The notes beneath the pieces are model-generated. The model ran no database searches. It saw only the letters and a program-made list of their open reading frames with translations, and was not told where the DNA came from. 64,000 nucleotides of DNA from Eledone cirrhosa (lineage: Eukaryota): assembly GCA_964016885.1 (NCBI GenBank), contig OZ024743.1, positions 23,746,001 through 23,810,000 on the forward strand, given 5' to 3'. Made by a program: the position numbers and the translations under genes. This document shows positions 40,581 to 54,508 of the stretch, one piece after another. Each line of letters starts with the position of its first letter. Within the stretch, counting starts at the first letter, position 1.

Positions 40581-41467
40581 AACAACCAGATAGTTGTTTA
40601 TATATAGTCATAGTCCTTTCGTCACACACTCTGTGACCTCTTCAGTGACTGGGGATTCCTTTCTTTGTTTCTGTGCCTTTCCTTTCTTCTATCCTACGCC
40701 ATTTTGTTTCTGTGCCTTTCCTTTCTTCTATCCTACGCCATTTTGTTTCTGTGTGTGTTGTGTGCTCAGTTTGCGCATGCGCCACATCCGGGTGTCTGTG
40801 TGTTTGTGTTCATTTATCTATTTGTTTTTTTATTTATTTATTTATTTATTTATTTATTGTTGGTTGGTTGTTTGTTCTACGTGTGTGTGTGTTTTCATTT
40901 TGTCCTTAATTGTAAGTTGTTTGTTCTATGTGTGTGTGTGTTTTCATTTTGTCCTTAATTGTAAGTTGTGATGTTGCTGTTCCACTCATAATTTTCTATT
41001 TAATTTTGGTTGTAATTCTTTTATGCTTACTGCCTCTGTAATTTGCCTAAACATTACATCTTTTCTGTGTGTGGATTCTATTTTTATTTCTATGTTCTCT
41101 AATCTACCCCTGTGTTCTAACTTAGCATGTTGGTAGAGCACAGATGATTCTTTATTATCTTGAAGGTCTCGCCAGTGTTCATTTATTCGTTCCCCTATAC
41201 TACGAGCTGTCTCACCTATGTACACTATATTTTTGTTTCTACATTGTCCTTCAGTACATCTTGTGCTACACACTACATTTCTAGTTTTACAGTTAATATG
41301 GGGGCTTATTTTACAGGTTATACATTTCTTATCTATACATGAGGGTCTTTGGAACGGGTATGTCTTGCTAATAAGTGTTTTTACGGAGGTACCTGGTCTT
41401 TCTACTATTTTAATATTGAGTTTATGTTTATTTAGGGCCCTTCTAAATTTGTAGGCTAGTTCGCCTC

Positions 41468-41468
<1 letters not shown>
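40581..41468 (-). mobile_element. Penelope-like element fragment, copy 3
   Basis: Near-identical to copy 1 but lacks one short 3' UTR sub-repeat. Confidence 0.9.
40606..40650 (-). ncRNA. Minimal hammerhead ribozyme, family B copy 3
   Basis: Identical to 29570-29614. Confidence 0.7.
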
Positions 41469-41520
<52 letters not shown>

Positions 41521-41649
41521 ATTATATATAATATATATATATATATTATATATATATATTATATATAATATATATATATTATATATAATATATATATATA
41601 ATATATATATATATAATATATATATATATATAATATATATATATAATAT

Positions 41650-41692
<43 letters not shown>

Positions 41693-41695
<3 letters not shown>

Positions 41696-41866
41696 CATCA
41701 TCATCATCATCATCATCATCAACGTTTAACGTCCGTGTTCCACGCTTGCATGGGTTGGACGGGGGTATTCCCACTTGAGGCAAGAGTGATTGTCTTGCTC
41801 GCATAGGACTGTCTGGCAGGTTTTCTACAGTTGGATGCCCTTCCTAACACCAACCACATTTACATA
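41693..41866 (-). mobile_element. RTE-associated tail fragment, copy 3
   Basis: Near-identical to 30677-30850. Confidence 0.8.
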
Positions 41867-41921
41867 TTATCTATATAATATATTATATATATATATATAA
41901 TATATATATATATTATATATA

Positions 41922-41961
<40 letters not shown>

Positions 41962-42007
41962 TATATATATTATATTATATTATATATATTATATTATATA
42001 TATATAT

Positions 42008-42038
<31 letters not shown>

Positions 42039-42076
42039 ATATATATATTATATATATATATATATTATATATATAT

Positions 42077-42107
<31 letters not shown>

Positions 42108-42342
42108 ATATATATATTATATATATATATATATATTATATTATATATATAATATATATATATATATATTATATATATATTATATATATTATATATATAT
42201 ATTATATATATTATATATATATATTATATATTATATATATATATATATATATTATATATATTATATATATATATTATATATATATAATATATATATTATA
42301 TATATATATTATATATATATTATATATATTATATATATATAT

Positions 42343-42376
<34 letters not shown>

Positions 42377-42395
42377 ATATATATATATTATATAT

Positions 42396-42427
<32 letters not shown>

Positions 42428-42429
42428 AT

Positions 42430-42461
<32 letters not shown>

Positions 42462-43461
42462 ATATAATATATATATTATATATATATATATATATTATAT
42501 ATTATATATATTATATATATATATATATATATTTATATTATATATATATATATTATATATATATATTATATATATATATTATATATATATATTATATATA
42601 TATATATTATATATATATATTATATATATATATTATATATATATATTATATATATATATTATATATATATATATTATATATATATTATATATATTATTAT
42701 ATATATTATATATATTTTATATATATATATTATATATATATTTTTATATATATATATTATATATATATATTATATATATATATATTATATATATATTATA
42801 TATATTATTATATATATTATATATATTTTATATATATATATTATATATATATATTATATATATATATATTATATATATATTTATATATATTATTATATAT
42901 ATTATATATATTTTATATATATATATTATATATATATATTATATATATATATATTATATATATATTATATATATATATTATATATATTATTATATATATT
43001 ATATATATTTTATATATATATATTATATATATATATATATATAATATATATATATATAATATATATTATATATATTATATATATATATATTATATATATA
43101 TTATATATATTATATATATATATATTATATATATATTATATATATATTATATATATATATATTATATATATATATATTATATATATATTATATATATATA
43201 TTATATATATATTATATATATATATTATATATATATTATATATATATTATATATATATTATATATATATATTATATATATATATTATATATATATATTAT
43301 ATATATATAATTATATATATATATATATTATATATATATATTATATATATATTATATATTATATATATATTATATATTATATATATATTATATATTATAT
43401 ATATATTATATATTATATATATATTATATATATATTATATATATATAATATATATATATAT

Positions 43462-43645
43462 TATATGTATATATTATATGTATATATTATATGTATATAT
43501 TATATGTATATATTATATGTATATATTATATATATATATTATATGTATATATTATATGTATATATTATATGTATATATTATATGTATATATTATATGTAT
43601 ATATTATATGTATATATTATATGTATATATTATATGTATATATTA
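43462..43645. repeat. 13-bp minisatellite (tatatgtatatat)n
   Basis: A G recurs every 13 nt within the AT block. Confidence 0.85.
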
Positions 43646-43757
43646 TATATATATTATATATATATATATTATATATATATATTATATATATATAATATAT
43701 ATATAATATATATATATATATATTATATATATATATTATATATATATATTATATATA

Positions 43758-44175
43758 TATCTATCTATCTAAGGCGGGTAAAATTCCGAGATCCATGGAC
43801 GAGTTCTCTCCAGCGGTCTCTGTCCCTCATTATCGCTGCCATATCCTGCATCTCCAACAGACCAGTGTCTGTCCTTAGGACATCAACATATGTTAACCTT
43901 GGTCTTCCTCTTCTAGTGTGTCCATGTAGGGGCTCCCAAAGCAGCACTGAGTGCACCGTCAACTCTGGATGTCGGTGAGCATGTCCAGCCAACCTCAGTC
44001 TCTGTGCCACTTTTGAGCTGACTTTTGGGATGCTCCCATACAGCTCTGAGTTTTTCATCCTCAGTGTATACTGATTAATGTTCAGAGCCATCCTCAGCAT
44101 TCTCGTGTAGCACCCATCACCATGTGAGTGAGTCTCTTGGTCAGTGTCCAAGTCTCAGACCCATACAGCAGCACT
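43758..44175 (-). mobile_element. 5'-truncated RTEX/RTE-like LINE 3' end in (TA)n
   Basis: VLLYGSETWTLTK, frameshift, DGCYTRMLRMALN...RLRLAGH...LLWEP...RRGRPRLTYVD...MRDRDRWR, followed by a TAGA tail. Confidence 0.8.
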
Positions 44176-44251
44176 ATATATATTATATTATATTATATTA
44201 TATATATATATATATATTATATATATCTATATAATATATATATATCTATAT

Positions 44252-44305
<54 letters not shown>

Positions 44306-44429
44306 TATATAATATATATATATATATAATATATATAATATATATATATCTATATAATATATATATATAATATATATATATATATATAATATATATATAT
44401 AATATATATAATATATATATATAATATAT

Positions 44430-44472
<43 letters not shown>

Positions 44473-44559
44473 TATATATAATATATATATATATAATATA
44501 TAATATATATAATATATAATATATATAATATATATATATATAATATATATATATATATA

Positions 44560-44595
<36 letters not shown>

Positions 44596-44690
44596 GGAAC
44601 GATCGACTTTCGTCAAATCGGACCAAGGGAACAATGTTTCCGTTGGTCTTTCCAATTGCTAATACTATCTATCGGTCGCAACTCCAGGTA

Positions 44691-44812
44691 GAAGGAGCAA
44701 CCTGAAATAAAGTGTCTTGCTCAAGGACATAACGCATCGCCTGGTCCAGGAATCGAACTCACAACCTTACGATTGTGAATCCAATTCTTTAACCACTCAG
44801 CCACACGCCTTC
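44691..44812 (-). mobile_element. SINE family B head (tRNA-like plus CORE-like)
   Basis: TGGCTGAGTGGTTAAAG, GAGTTCGATTCC, CCTTGAGCAAGACACTTTATTTCA on the minus strand. Confidence 0.8.
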
Positions 44813-44839
44813 ACATATATATATATATAATATATATAT

Positions 44840-44989
<150 letters not shown>

Positions 44990-45291
44990 TATTATTATGT
45001 AATAAACAACATAAGGCAATTATTCCATTTACCAGTGGTTTCTTAAAGCAAAAGGTTTTGCTTTCAATCCTCAGAATTAAAAATCCTAGTTTGTTTATTG
45101 AATATGGATTCTAAAAACAAAAATGCAATCTAAAAATGCTCTGTTGCCTACATAGAGCACTCTTTTTTCCTGGACTTTTCCGATGGAATTACTTCATTTA
45201 CACATATATATAATATATATATATATATATAATATATATATATATATAATATATATATATAATATATATATAATATATATATATATATAAT

Positions 45292-45334
<43 letters not shown>

Positions 45335-45419
45335 TATATATATAATATATATATATATATAATATATATATAATATATATATATATATAATATATATATA
45401 TATATAATATATATTATAT

Positions 45420-45495
<76 letters not shown>

Positions 45496-45535
45496 CTATA
45501 TATATATTGTTATACTTTGGGAGGGTCATGTTGCC

Positions 45536-45585
<50 letters not shown>

Positions 45586-45588
<3 letters not shown>

Positions 45589-45721
45589 TGAGATTCTACA
45601 GGACTAGAACTGTTTCATTCTTTAGAAATCATCAGGAATCTATATTAAAACTTTTATACTCTGCTATGTATTGAGTACCTTACTTACCGTGGTTACCTCC
45701 AATTCAACCCGGAATAACTTA

Positions 45722-45723
<2 letters not shown>
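45586..45723 (-). mobile_element. Short (TA)n-flanked hammerhead-bearing fragment, probably a Penelope-like terminus
   Basis: Unique 138-bp insert between pure (TA)n tracts with a hammerhead at its 3' end. Confidence 0.65.
45591..45641 (-). ncRNA. Type I hammerhead ribozyme, family C
   Basis: AGAUUC-CUGAUGA-U-UUC-UAAA-GAA-U-GAAA-CAG-UUCUAGUC-CUG-UA-GAAUCU. All three stems close and the cleavage triplet is GUA. Confidence 0.8.
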
Positions 45724-45762
<39 letters not shown>

Positions 45763-46909
45763 ATTTATATATATATATAAACATCTCTATTATGAATCAC
45801 ACAATGTTAGTGATTTTGCTAATGTAAGATATTTCAGTATTCTACAGCTTTTACAACTCCCCTCTCTACTACATACATACTTACATATGCACTCACACAC
45901 ACATCCATACATCCATCCATCCATCACTGATAGTATATTCCTATCATCAGCTGTTTTCTGGAGATCACAATTGTTTCAGCATCTCCTCACAGTATCACTG
46001 CCTCCATTGGTGCCAAGCAGCATTGATGCTACCAGGAATATCTGTGTTGTTTTGGCCCACACTGTAGCACACTTTTGCTTCCATGCAGCTACCACAAGCT
46101 GGGTGCTGCCATAAGCCCTCTAGTCCTTTAGGAACTATTTTGTTTACCCTCTCTAAGGATCTGTTCTTTGCTCTCAACATTTGTCTTCAAATGCTTCTGA
46201 GGTAAACAACAGATATTTATATTGTTAATCTCCAGAAAGATAAAGTACTTAAGTTGACCTTAGCTGGATTTGAGTTTCAAAATGTAGAGGGGAATACAAA
46301 AGCAAATACTAAGAGATCAGTAGCTCTGCTTGAGTTTTGACTTGCTAGCTGGAAAATCAATATAATTATCATTTTGGTGTATCTTCACTGATTAAATCAG
46401 TACTCAGGTGGAGCTACTGACCTTGCAGATAGGCTAAGGGCTTGCACTCTGCTGAGTGCACTTTATCATAAAACCAGCACTAGGAGCACTGGGGGGGTTG
46501 TCATGTCTTTGATACAGCTGAAGAGTCCTCTGAAACCTTTGTTTGACAGATTTTTATGGCTGGATGCCCTTCTTATCACCAACCACTTTTGATAATGATG
46601 ATTTAGTCCATCACTTTGTTGTTTCTCCCACCTGACCACTTTTGAAAGTCTCCGTAATATCAACTATGATAATATATTTTAGATCATTTTTAGAAACAAA
46701 AAAAAATAAAAATCCTAACTTAACACCAAAGAAGTTGTTTAGTCTTGTCCCACCTCCACTGTCACTCTTACTTGAAGATTAACATTAAAAAGTTTTCTAG
46801 TTCTTGTAATTGTAGAGTAGATTTATTCAGCTTTTCTCAAGGAGGACATATACTATGGTTTAAGCCGATTGAAGAATTGTTTAATTAGTTGTCTAGCTTT
46901 GGCCATCCT

Positions 46910-47065
46910 AGGTGGTACATTGGTAAAGTCGTTAGAATGTTGGAGAAAATGCTTCATGATATTCAGTCTGGCTCTCTGCGTTCTGAGTTCAAGTCTCGCT
47001 GTAGTCAACTTTGCCTTTCATTGCTTCAAAGTCAATAAATAAAGTACCAATCCAGTACTAGAGGT
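46910..47065 (+). mobile_element. SINE family A, degraded
   Basis: Head, B box gagttcaagtc, and tttgcctttcat body. Confidence 0.65.
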
Positions 47066-47251
47066 TTCTTCCTTTATATCTCTTTCTTACTCTCCTTCTC
47101 TCTTTCACTGGATGAAATCAGATGTGATTACACTCGATGAATGTCATATATCATTATGGTGCCCCTTGTGACTCAAACTGGAGTTAAGGGCCCATGATGC
47201 ATTTGACTTCCTATCTTTGTTGTACATCATATCCTCCTAGAACTTAATACT

Positions 47252-47476
47252 TTAACCCTCCAGCATTTACATTACTCTATATATATACTATTGTATTTCC
47301 ACAGTAAAGGCTTTATCTTATATAATTATCTCACATAATAACGAATCTACGAAATTTTATTTATTTTCAGAACATTACCTAAACATAAGTATGAGTGGCC
47401 AGTTACAGCCAGTTTGGACAGAAAGAGGTGAAAAGATTCTGGCCAGATATGGTCAGTTTAAATGCTAAAGAGTTAA
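47252..47476 (-). mobile_element. piggyBac-type MITE family 1, copy 10
   Basis: TTAA flanks and TIRs. Confidence 0.85.
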
Positions 47477-48575
47477 AGCATATGGTTCCAATTTCAAAAA
47501 CATAATGTGTGTTAAAAGACATTTAATTTCTACCCTGAAATGGTCAAGCAGCTATGTAGAAGTTTCTCACCATTATTTTTTTTTCTACTTATAGTTATTG
47601 TGACTGAGAGAAAGTTTTCTTCTAATATTTCTCAACTACCAGCCTCCATTCTATTCAGCTAAAAAGATTGGGTGATATACATGTTGGTAGAATGCCAGAC
47701 AAAACTGAAAAATTGATTAGTAGTTTGGTGGCTTATACAGCTTTTTGCTGTAATAGTTCACTTAGTTTCTCATCTTTCCCAAGGTTAACAAAATAAATAC
47801 CAGCATGTTTGGGCTAAATGCACAAGTACATTTTTATTTTTTTTACGCATGTTGTTGTGGGGTCACTGCCAAATGTTTGATCTACTGCTACTATTGTTGT
47901 ACCATGAAGTTCTGCTTGCTCGGCTAGAACCTGGGGTTGTGAGGAGGGGGTGGGGGTATCATATGACAATATTAATTAATGTCAAATCTCTGGCATTTTA
48001 TGAGTCTTCACCTATTGGGTCATGATTTTTTGCCATATCTTTATTGCATAAAGTAAAGCTATTAACCACATTACATTCATCATCTTGTCATTTCTAGAAT
48101 TTATTTTGAAGCTTTTCAGTTATAAATAATAATATTAAAAAACTTTGAATTTTCCACACTAACACACTCATATACATATAATTAATGTTGGTTGTTGTGA
48201 TTAATATGGGAGGAACCTGGGATATGATTACATTATTAGGAGGTAAAAATGACATGAATATAACACGGGAAAGAAGGTGTATTGGAGAGTGTGAGAGATT
48301 AAAACAAGGTAAATGTAAGGTGAAAAAAGATAAGTGGGGGACAAAATAAATACTCAAAAACATAAAAAATGTGTACAATGAAAATATTTCCACCAAATGA
48401 ATAGAAAAGAAATGGATTTAGTATTTTGTCAAACTTTTTATCAAAGTAGAATAAAAGAAGAAAGGAGTAAGGATGAAATAAGAAAACTCTTAGAATATCA
48501 AGTTAGAGAACATATGGCTACATCCTGTGGAAAGGATGTAACCATACAAGACAGATCTGTTCTCGGAGTTGGTAT

Positions 48576-48762
48576 TTAACCCTTTAGCATTTAAACCGGT
48601 CGTAACTGGCTAGAATTCTCTCATCCCTTTCTTTTCAAACCGGCTGTATTGTTCTCAAATAAATAATATCAAAATATCATAGATTTGATATTATGTGAGC
48701 TAAAGCCTTTACCTTGAAAATACAATAGTATATATAGAGTAATGTAAATGCTAAAGGGTTAA
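48576..48762 (+). mobile_element. piggyBac-type MITE family 1, copy 11
   Basis: Perfect TIRs and TTAA flanks. Confidence 0.9.
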
Positions 48763-49384
48763 ACCAAGAGAGTGTGGAGGCCATACATGTCAGATGACCA
48801 TGTCTTGATCATATGTTCCATTTTCAGCTTGGATTTCTACAGCTGTATACCCTTCTTAAAGCCAACCACTCCATAGCATGTATTGGCAGTTATTTTCATG
48901 GCACTAGCACTACCACTTTACAGGGTTGAATGGGTGCTTTTTGTCATGACACCAGCACTACCACCTTACAGAGTAGACTGGATGCTATTTTGTGTTGCAC
49001 CAGCACTTCCAGCTTACATTGTGAACTAGGTGCTTTTTGTTTCAACCAGATATTCATTCAGGCCTGACTGTGATTATACCTAGCAAACACAGGGTTTCAG
49101 GTTCTATCTCACTGAACAATCCCTTGGTCAAGTGCCTTCTACAATAAACACCTAGCTGGCTTTGAGATAAATTTGTTTGCTGGAATATATGTGTATATCT
49201 TTCAGTGATGTCTCGCGATGAATGATGTACCCATCACCAATAGTTCAGAAGTTCACTTCACAATCATTAGGTGTTAGGTTCAAGCCCACTGACAGCTTTG
49301 GTAAGTCTCATTTATCATAGTCTCAGATCGACCCATGTCTTGTGAGTGAAATTGGATAGATGCAAATTGTTTCGAAGCCTGAGG

Positions 49385-49565
49385 ATGTTGGGTTAGCAGT
49401 ATTGGTAGAGCGTCAGACAAAAGGCTTTGCAATATTTAGTTATAACTTTCTGCATCTCAGGTTCAAATCCTGCCATGGTCAACGTTGCCTTTCATCCTTC
49501 CAGAATTGATAAAATAAAGTACTAGTAAATTACTGGCCTTGTGTCTAAATTAGAAATCAATATTG
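49385..49565 (+). mobile_element. SINE family A
   Basis: Homologous to 50248-50463. Confidence 0.7.
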
Positions 49566-49736
49566 GAAACATACTAACATACTGAAGCTGACTAGATGCT
49601 TTAACTTGCCAAACTCAAATACTTCACTGTCCTAAGTTCAGCTCTAACCAGTAAAAAAGAAGAAAGAAGTATTAGTGCCAACAATATTGTAATTGACACA
49701 AATGTTCTAATTGAAACAAATCAATATTATATATTA

Positions 49737-50208
49737 CTAGCAGAAAAACCACCCTTCGGGTGGTTTTCTGCTAGCATATGTAGTGTGTATATTGATATTA
49801 TACGCAGGTATATATATATATATATGTAGATATGATACATCAAATAAAATCGTAATTGACAATATATAATACATAGAAATTGAATGAAGACTGCGTTACA
49901 CCCTATTTAATCAGTAACGTAATCCATGATACATTAAAAAAGACGATATTATATATAAACTGCATTAGGAGAAAATTAGTATGTTTATTTAAGCGATGGC
50001 CAACTGCAAGTGTTGACATTTCAGAAATTTTAAAGAAGTGAATCTGTAAATAAACAAAATATATTTAATCAACAGCCACAAAATTTAGTAGATAAATTAT
50101 GTAATACTCATTAATTATTTATTCAAAGTAATCCAACTTATTTTACAAACGGGATAAAAAAAATAAACCGTATGCAATCCCGCAGACCTTCCTTTATTAT
50201 AGTTTAGA
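49737..50208 (-). mobile_element. Non-autonomous Helitron
   Basis: Minus strand starts 5'-TC, ends CTAG-3', has subterminal hairpin CCACCC-GAA-GGGTGG, sits between A and T, and has no TSD. Confidence 0.8.
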
Positions 50209-50247
50209 TTGAATCAATACTTATGCTGATCCAATTATTTGATGAAA

Positions 50248-50463
50248 GGGTGGTGAATTGGCAGTATCGATAGAGCGCCAGACACTCTGCTTTGCAGCAT
50301 AGAGTTACTACCCTTTACGTTCTGGGTTCAAATCCTGCTGAAGTTAGATTTGTCTTTCGTCCTTACGGGGTCGATAAAATAAAGCACCAGTAATGCACTG
50401 GAGGTCGATCTAATCGACTTTCCCCTCCCCTTCAAATTGCTGGCATTGTGCCTAAAGTAGAAA
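50248..50463 (+). mobile_element. Full-length tRNA-derived SINE family A with TSD
   Basis: A-box-like TGGCAGTATCG, B box GGTTCAAATCC, 16-bp direct repeat caattatttgatgaaa at 50232-50247 and 50464-50479. Confidence 0.9.
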
Positions 50464-51387
50464 CAATTATTTGATGAAACCAGCATAAACACCCTTTCTA
50501 TTTATTGTTAGACTGATTCTTATCTGTGTCTGTTTCAGTGTATTGTATTATTATTATTATCATGTCATGGTTTAAGAGACTGTTGCATGAGAACACCTGC
50601 TTTACAAACATGACACAGTTTTAGGTAATAGGATATTCAAAGCCATTTGCTCCTCTCTCTCTCTCCCCCCCCCCCTCCTTCATTTCTACATTTCCCACCC
50701 ATTGTGTTTTGTTCTGCTGGTGTGATAACAATGACTAAAAAGGCAGTGGGGGGAGGGGGGGGGCTTTATCTTTCCTCCCCCCACACTCTTCTTCCTTTTT
50801 CTTTCTGTCTCACTGACCAGTTATAAGAAGAAAAATCCAATTCATAGCAGTGTTGACATATAAAGGAATCATCTATTCAAGTTTTGTTGTTGTTTTACTC
50901 TGGCATAGCAACCACATGGAATGATTTATCTCTTCACCACCATCACTCCTCTCCCCCACCACCACCACCTTTCCTGCTTCTTCTGCTCTTTCAGTGTTAG
51001 AAATATAGCCAGGTGTAAAGTTGATGTGATGCTTAGCATTATATGAACTCCGCTGCTGCATTGAATGAATGAAAGAATGCATCTCCACCTGCCCCTGGAT
51101 TAGTCACCAGTCTACTGTTATGTAACTTGCCCAAATGATCTGGTACCTATTCTTCACAGCTAGGTGTAGCTAGACACTTAAATTTAAGTGCCCTTCCCTA
51201 TGTCTATAGGGGATTTGTTGTTATTATGGTAAATAAAGAAATCATCATCACCATCATCATTGTACTGTCCTTCATTTGGCACCCTTTTGGAAAATAAAAA
51301 GTTGATGGAAGCAGTAGTTGCTACGACTACTACAGCTACTATTACTACTACTACTACTACAACTACCACTACTATTATTGAGAGAAA

Positions 51388-52060
51388 GGTGGTGAATTGG
51401 CAGAATCAATAGAATGCCTTGTGATATTTGTTACAAATCTGAGTTCAAATCTTACCAAGGTTAACTTTGAACAAATATTTCTCATAGCTATTCACTACCC
51501 TCCCTAAATTTCTGCCCTTGTGTCTATGTTAGAAACAGTTATTTTTATTCTAAAAACAGGAAAAGCAAGTAGATTAGCAGTATAAGTAGAATGTCAAACT
51601 ACTATACATGTACTTTTGATGAGTTATAGTGCACCTGAGCACTGTACACAATAATTTTCATTATTATTAAAAGCTTTGGATTTTAAGATATTAAGTTAGG
51701 ATTTTTTTATATTTTGACTTCAAATCCCGCCAAGGTTAACTTTGCCTTTCATCCTTACGGGATCGATAAAATAAAGTACCAGTAATGCACTGGGGATTGA
51801 TATAATCGATTTTCCCCTCCCCAGAATTCTTGACCATATGCCTAAATCAGCCAATGAAGGTAAATAAGTAAAGTGCTTGGGTTGATATAAACAACTAACT
51901 GTACCTCTTCTCCCAAATGTGCAGCTCTGTGCCTATGGTAGAAACCATTATTTTTGGGGTCATTAAAATAAAGTACCAGTCAAGTACTGTGGTTTATTTA
52001 ACCAGCTTCCCTTTTTCCTCCAAATTGCTAGCCTTGTGCCTGTGTTAGAAACCATTATTA
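51388..52060 (+). mobile_element. Cluster of SINE family A copies and fragments
   Basis: Repeated ttcaaatc...aaggttaacttt and aaataaagtaccag...gtgcc..agaaac motifs. Confidence 0.65.
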
Positions 52061-52354
52061 TCCTCTTGAAAAGGGTAGAGAGGAAGTCGTTGCCTTCTAG
52101 TGTGTTTTATGAAAGGTAAATGAGAGCAGTGAGATTGATGTAGCTGCATTGGCTTACACTGGCAGGAGAAAAGAAACCAGGAGAGGGCACTTTCTGTGTC
52201 CATGAGGTAACAAAGTAATCCAGGTTTTTGTAGGTGGTTCTTCATGGAATTCCCCTGAAGCACAATCCCCCATTACTAAACTGTTCCTAGTTGACATTTG
52301 TTATTCTTTTGTATTATCACGACAAAAGAGTCTAACCCACACTATAATTGTCAT

Positions 52355-52610
52355 GTAGGTGTCATGACAAAAAGCACCTAGTCCACTCTGTGAAGTGGGG
52401 AGGTAGGCGACATGGCAAACAGCACCCAGCACACACTGTAAATGTGGTTGGCATTATGAAGACCATCCAGCTGTAGAAACCAAGCCCAAATCAGTTCCGA
52501 GTCAACGAATTCATGGTCCCCCCCGACCTGATCCCTCACAAAGGGACAGCCCGTCCTACCGATGCTAGCGTGGAAGATTGGCATTAAACGATGATGAGGA
52601 TGATGATGAC
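52355..52610 (+). mobile_element. RTE-associated SINE/LINE 3' tail
   Basis: aaaaagcacc...cactgtaaatgtggttggc...gctagcgtggaag...(GAT)n. Confidence 0.7.
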
Positions 52611-52741
52611 TATTACAATTGCTGTCATTGTTATACCTACTGCTTTCCTTTTGTTGTCCTCTTTCCTCTACTCAATGTAAACTGCACTCCTGTGTTTTTC
52701 CTGTCCTTATATTGTTCTCAATCTTTGGTATATAGTTACAT

Positions 52742-52999
52742 CCCTTTACATTCTGAGTTCAAATCCTACTGAGATTAGCTTTGCCTTTCATCATTACCAG
52801 GATCCGTAAAATAAAGTACCTGTAATGTACTGGGGTCGTTTTAATGTCCTGAGTTCAAACCCCGCCGAAGTTAGTTTTGCCTTTCATCCTTATGGGGGTC
52901 GATAAAATAAAGCACCAGTAATGCAATGAGGTCAATTTAATCGACTTTCACCTCCCTCAAAATTGCTGGCCTTGTGCCAAATGTTGAAACAATTATTAT
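52742..52999 (+). mobile_element. SINE family A, partial tandem dimer
   Basis: Two consecutive ctgagttcaaa...tttgcctttcatc...aaataaag units followed by the tail. Confidence 0.7.
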
Positions 53000-54508
53000 T
53001 GAGGGAGGGTATAGTGAGGTATGTGGCATGATTTGTCGGAGGTATATTCTACAGTCAGTAAGTGAAGAAAAAAAGGAAAAGTAACCATGTTACCCCAATT
53101 TTGTCTTTGTGTAGGAGAGGGAGGGGGGGTAGTAATAAAACGTGAGGTTTCTTAAGTGAAGGATGTGAAATATTTGTAAATAAAATTGCTTTTGCTTGTA
53201 ACTTCATAGAATTCTTAGTTAAGGAATAATGCACATTCTTGACTGTTATCAAAGTTGATGGAAGATGTGAATGTACTGTACTGTTTTCTGTGGCAGACGG
53301 TACTTTAATTAATACTGTGTGTGTTTGTGTGTGCATGTGCACACAAATGTACACTTGCAAGTGTAAGCACACATGTACACCTGCATGTGTGTGTGTGTGT
53401 GTGTGCATACACTATGTATGTTTTAGCAGTTATGTCTTAACAGTGAGAAAAAGAAGAAAAAAAACAACTGCAACAAAAATGGCATAAGTTAGGAATTTCC
53501 TTCATTTTCTTTTTCGTTCATAAGAATTCCTTCATTTTTTTTTAACTCTGATAATTATCAGATATTTGTAGAAATGCCTCTTAGAAAAATTCTCTCTTTG
53601 GTTTTGTTTTGCTTTGTGGAATGTTTGCTTTAACCGAATTATTAACATTGTTGAAATTATATAAGTTAGAAACATTGTTTTGTCATAATTACAATGTCCC
53701 ACCCCACCCTTGCCTGTCCTCCCGATATCTCTCACTTTTCTCTTGAGTATTCCAAAAATGTAAATTAAATTTTTTCATGTGATAACTCCATTTATTAATT
53801 TTCCCTCTGTTTATCCATTATTCTTTGGAATTTCATTTTATTATCCAAGAAGAGAATGTTTGCATTGCTTCTGTTTCTGGTTCTAGTATTGGTATTGGTA
53901 TTTATGTTGCTTGTCATTCTTGTGCGTCTGAGTTTAATATAATCTATACAGAAACAAACCACATGCCTTACCATTACCATCAAAATCTTTATCATAGCCA
54001 TCACATAAAAGTATTAATAATCATTATTTTCCTGAATAATCAATACATCAGTGTGCATTCTGAGTTCAAATCCTACTGAGATCACTTTGCCTTTCATCCT
54101 TTCAAGGTCAATAAACTACCAGCCTAGTGCTGATGCAGCCCTCTCTCTTTCCAGCTGTCACATCTAAGATGAAGGGGGGTTGAGAGGGTGTTTGTGTCCG
54201 CTCAAACCTTTACCAAAAGCATGGTATGTGCTACCAAGTCATACTTAATTGTCAGTGTCAGTAGTAGTAGTATTCTATGTAAAGTGTTCAACTAGCTGCT
54301 GTATCCTTCAAATCCTTTTAGTTTTTAGTTTTCTTTAAAGGTTTCAGCACTGAGAGAAAATCATCTGTTTAACAATCAATCCTTTCTCTAGGATTATACC
54401 AACAGATAATTCAGCCATTGATCTAATAAATTTTAAACCAAGCTCAGTAATCTGGGCTGTGAAGGTACTTATTTGGATAGAATACTTGAGTCGAAGTAGT
54501 AATGGAGT

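Noticed and set aside
45960-46200. Faint resemblance to an R4/Dong LINE C-terminus (IVPKGLE)
   Set aside because: Too degraded to call without a database search.
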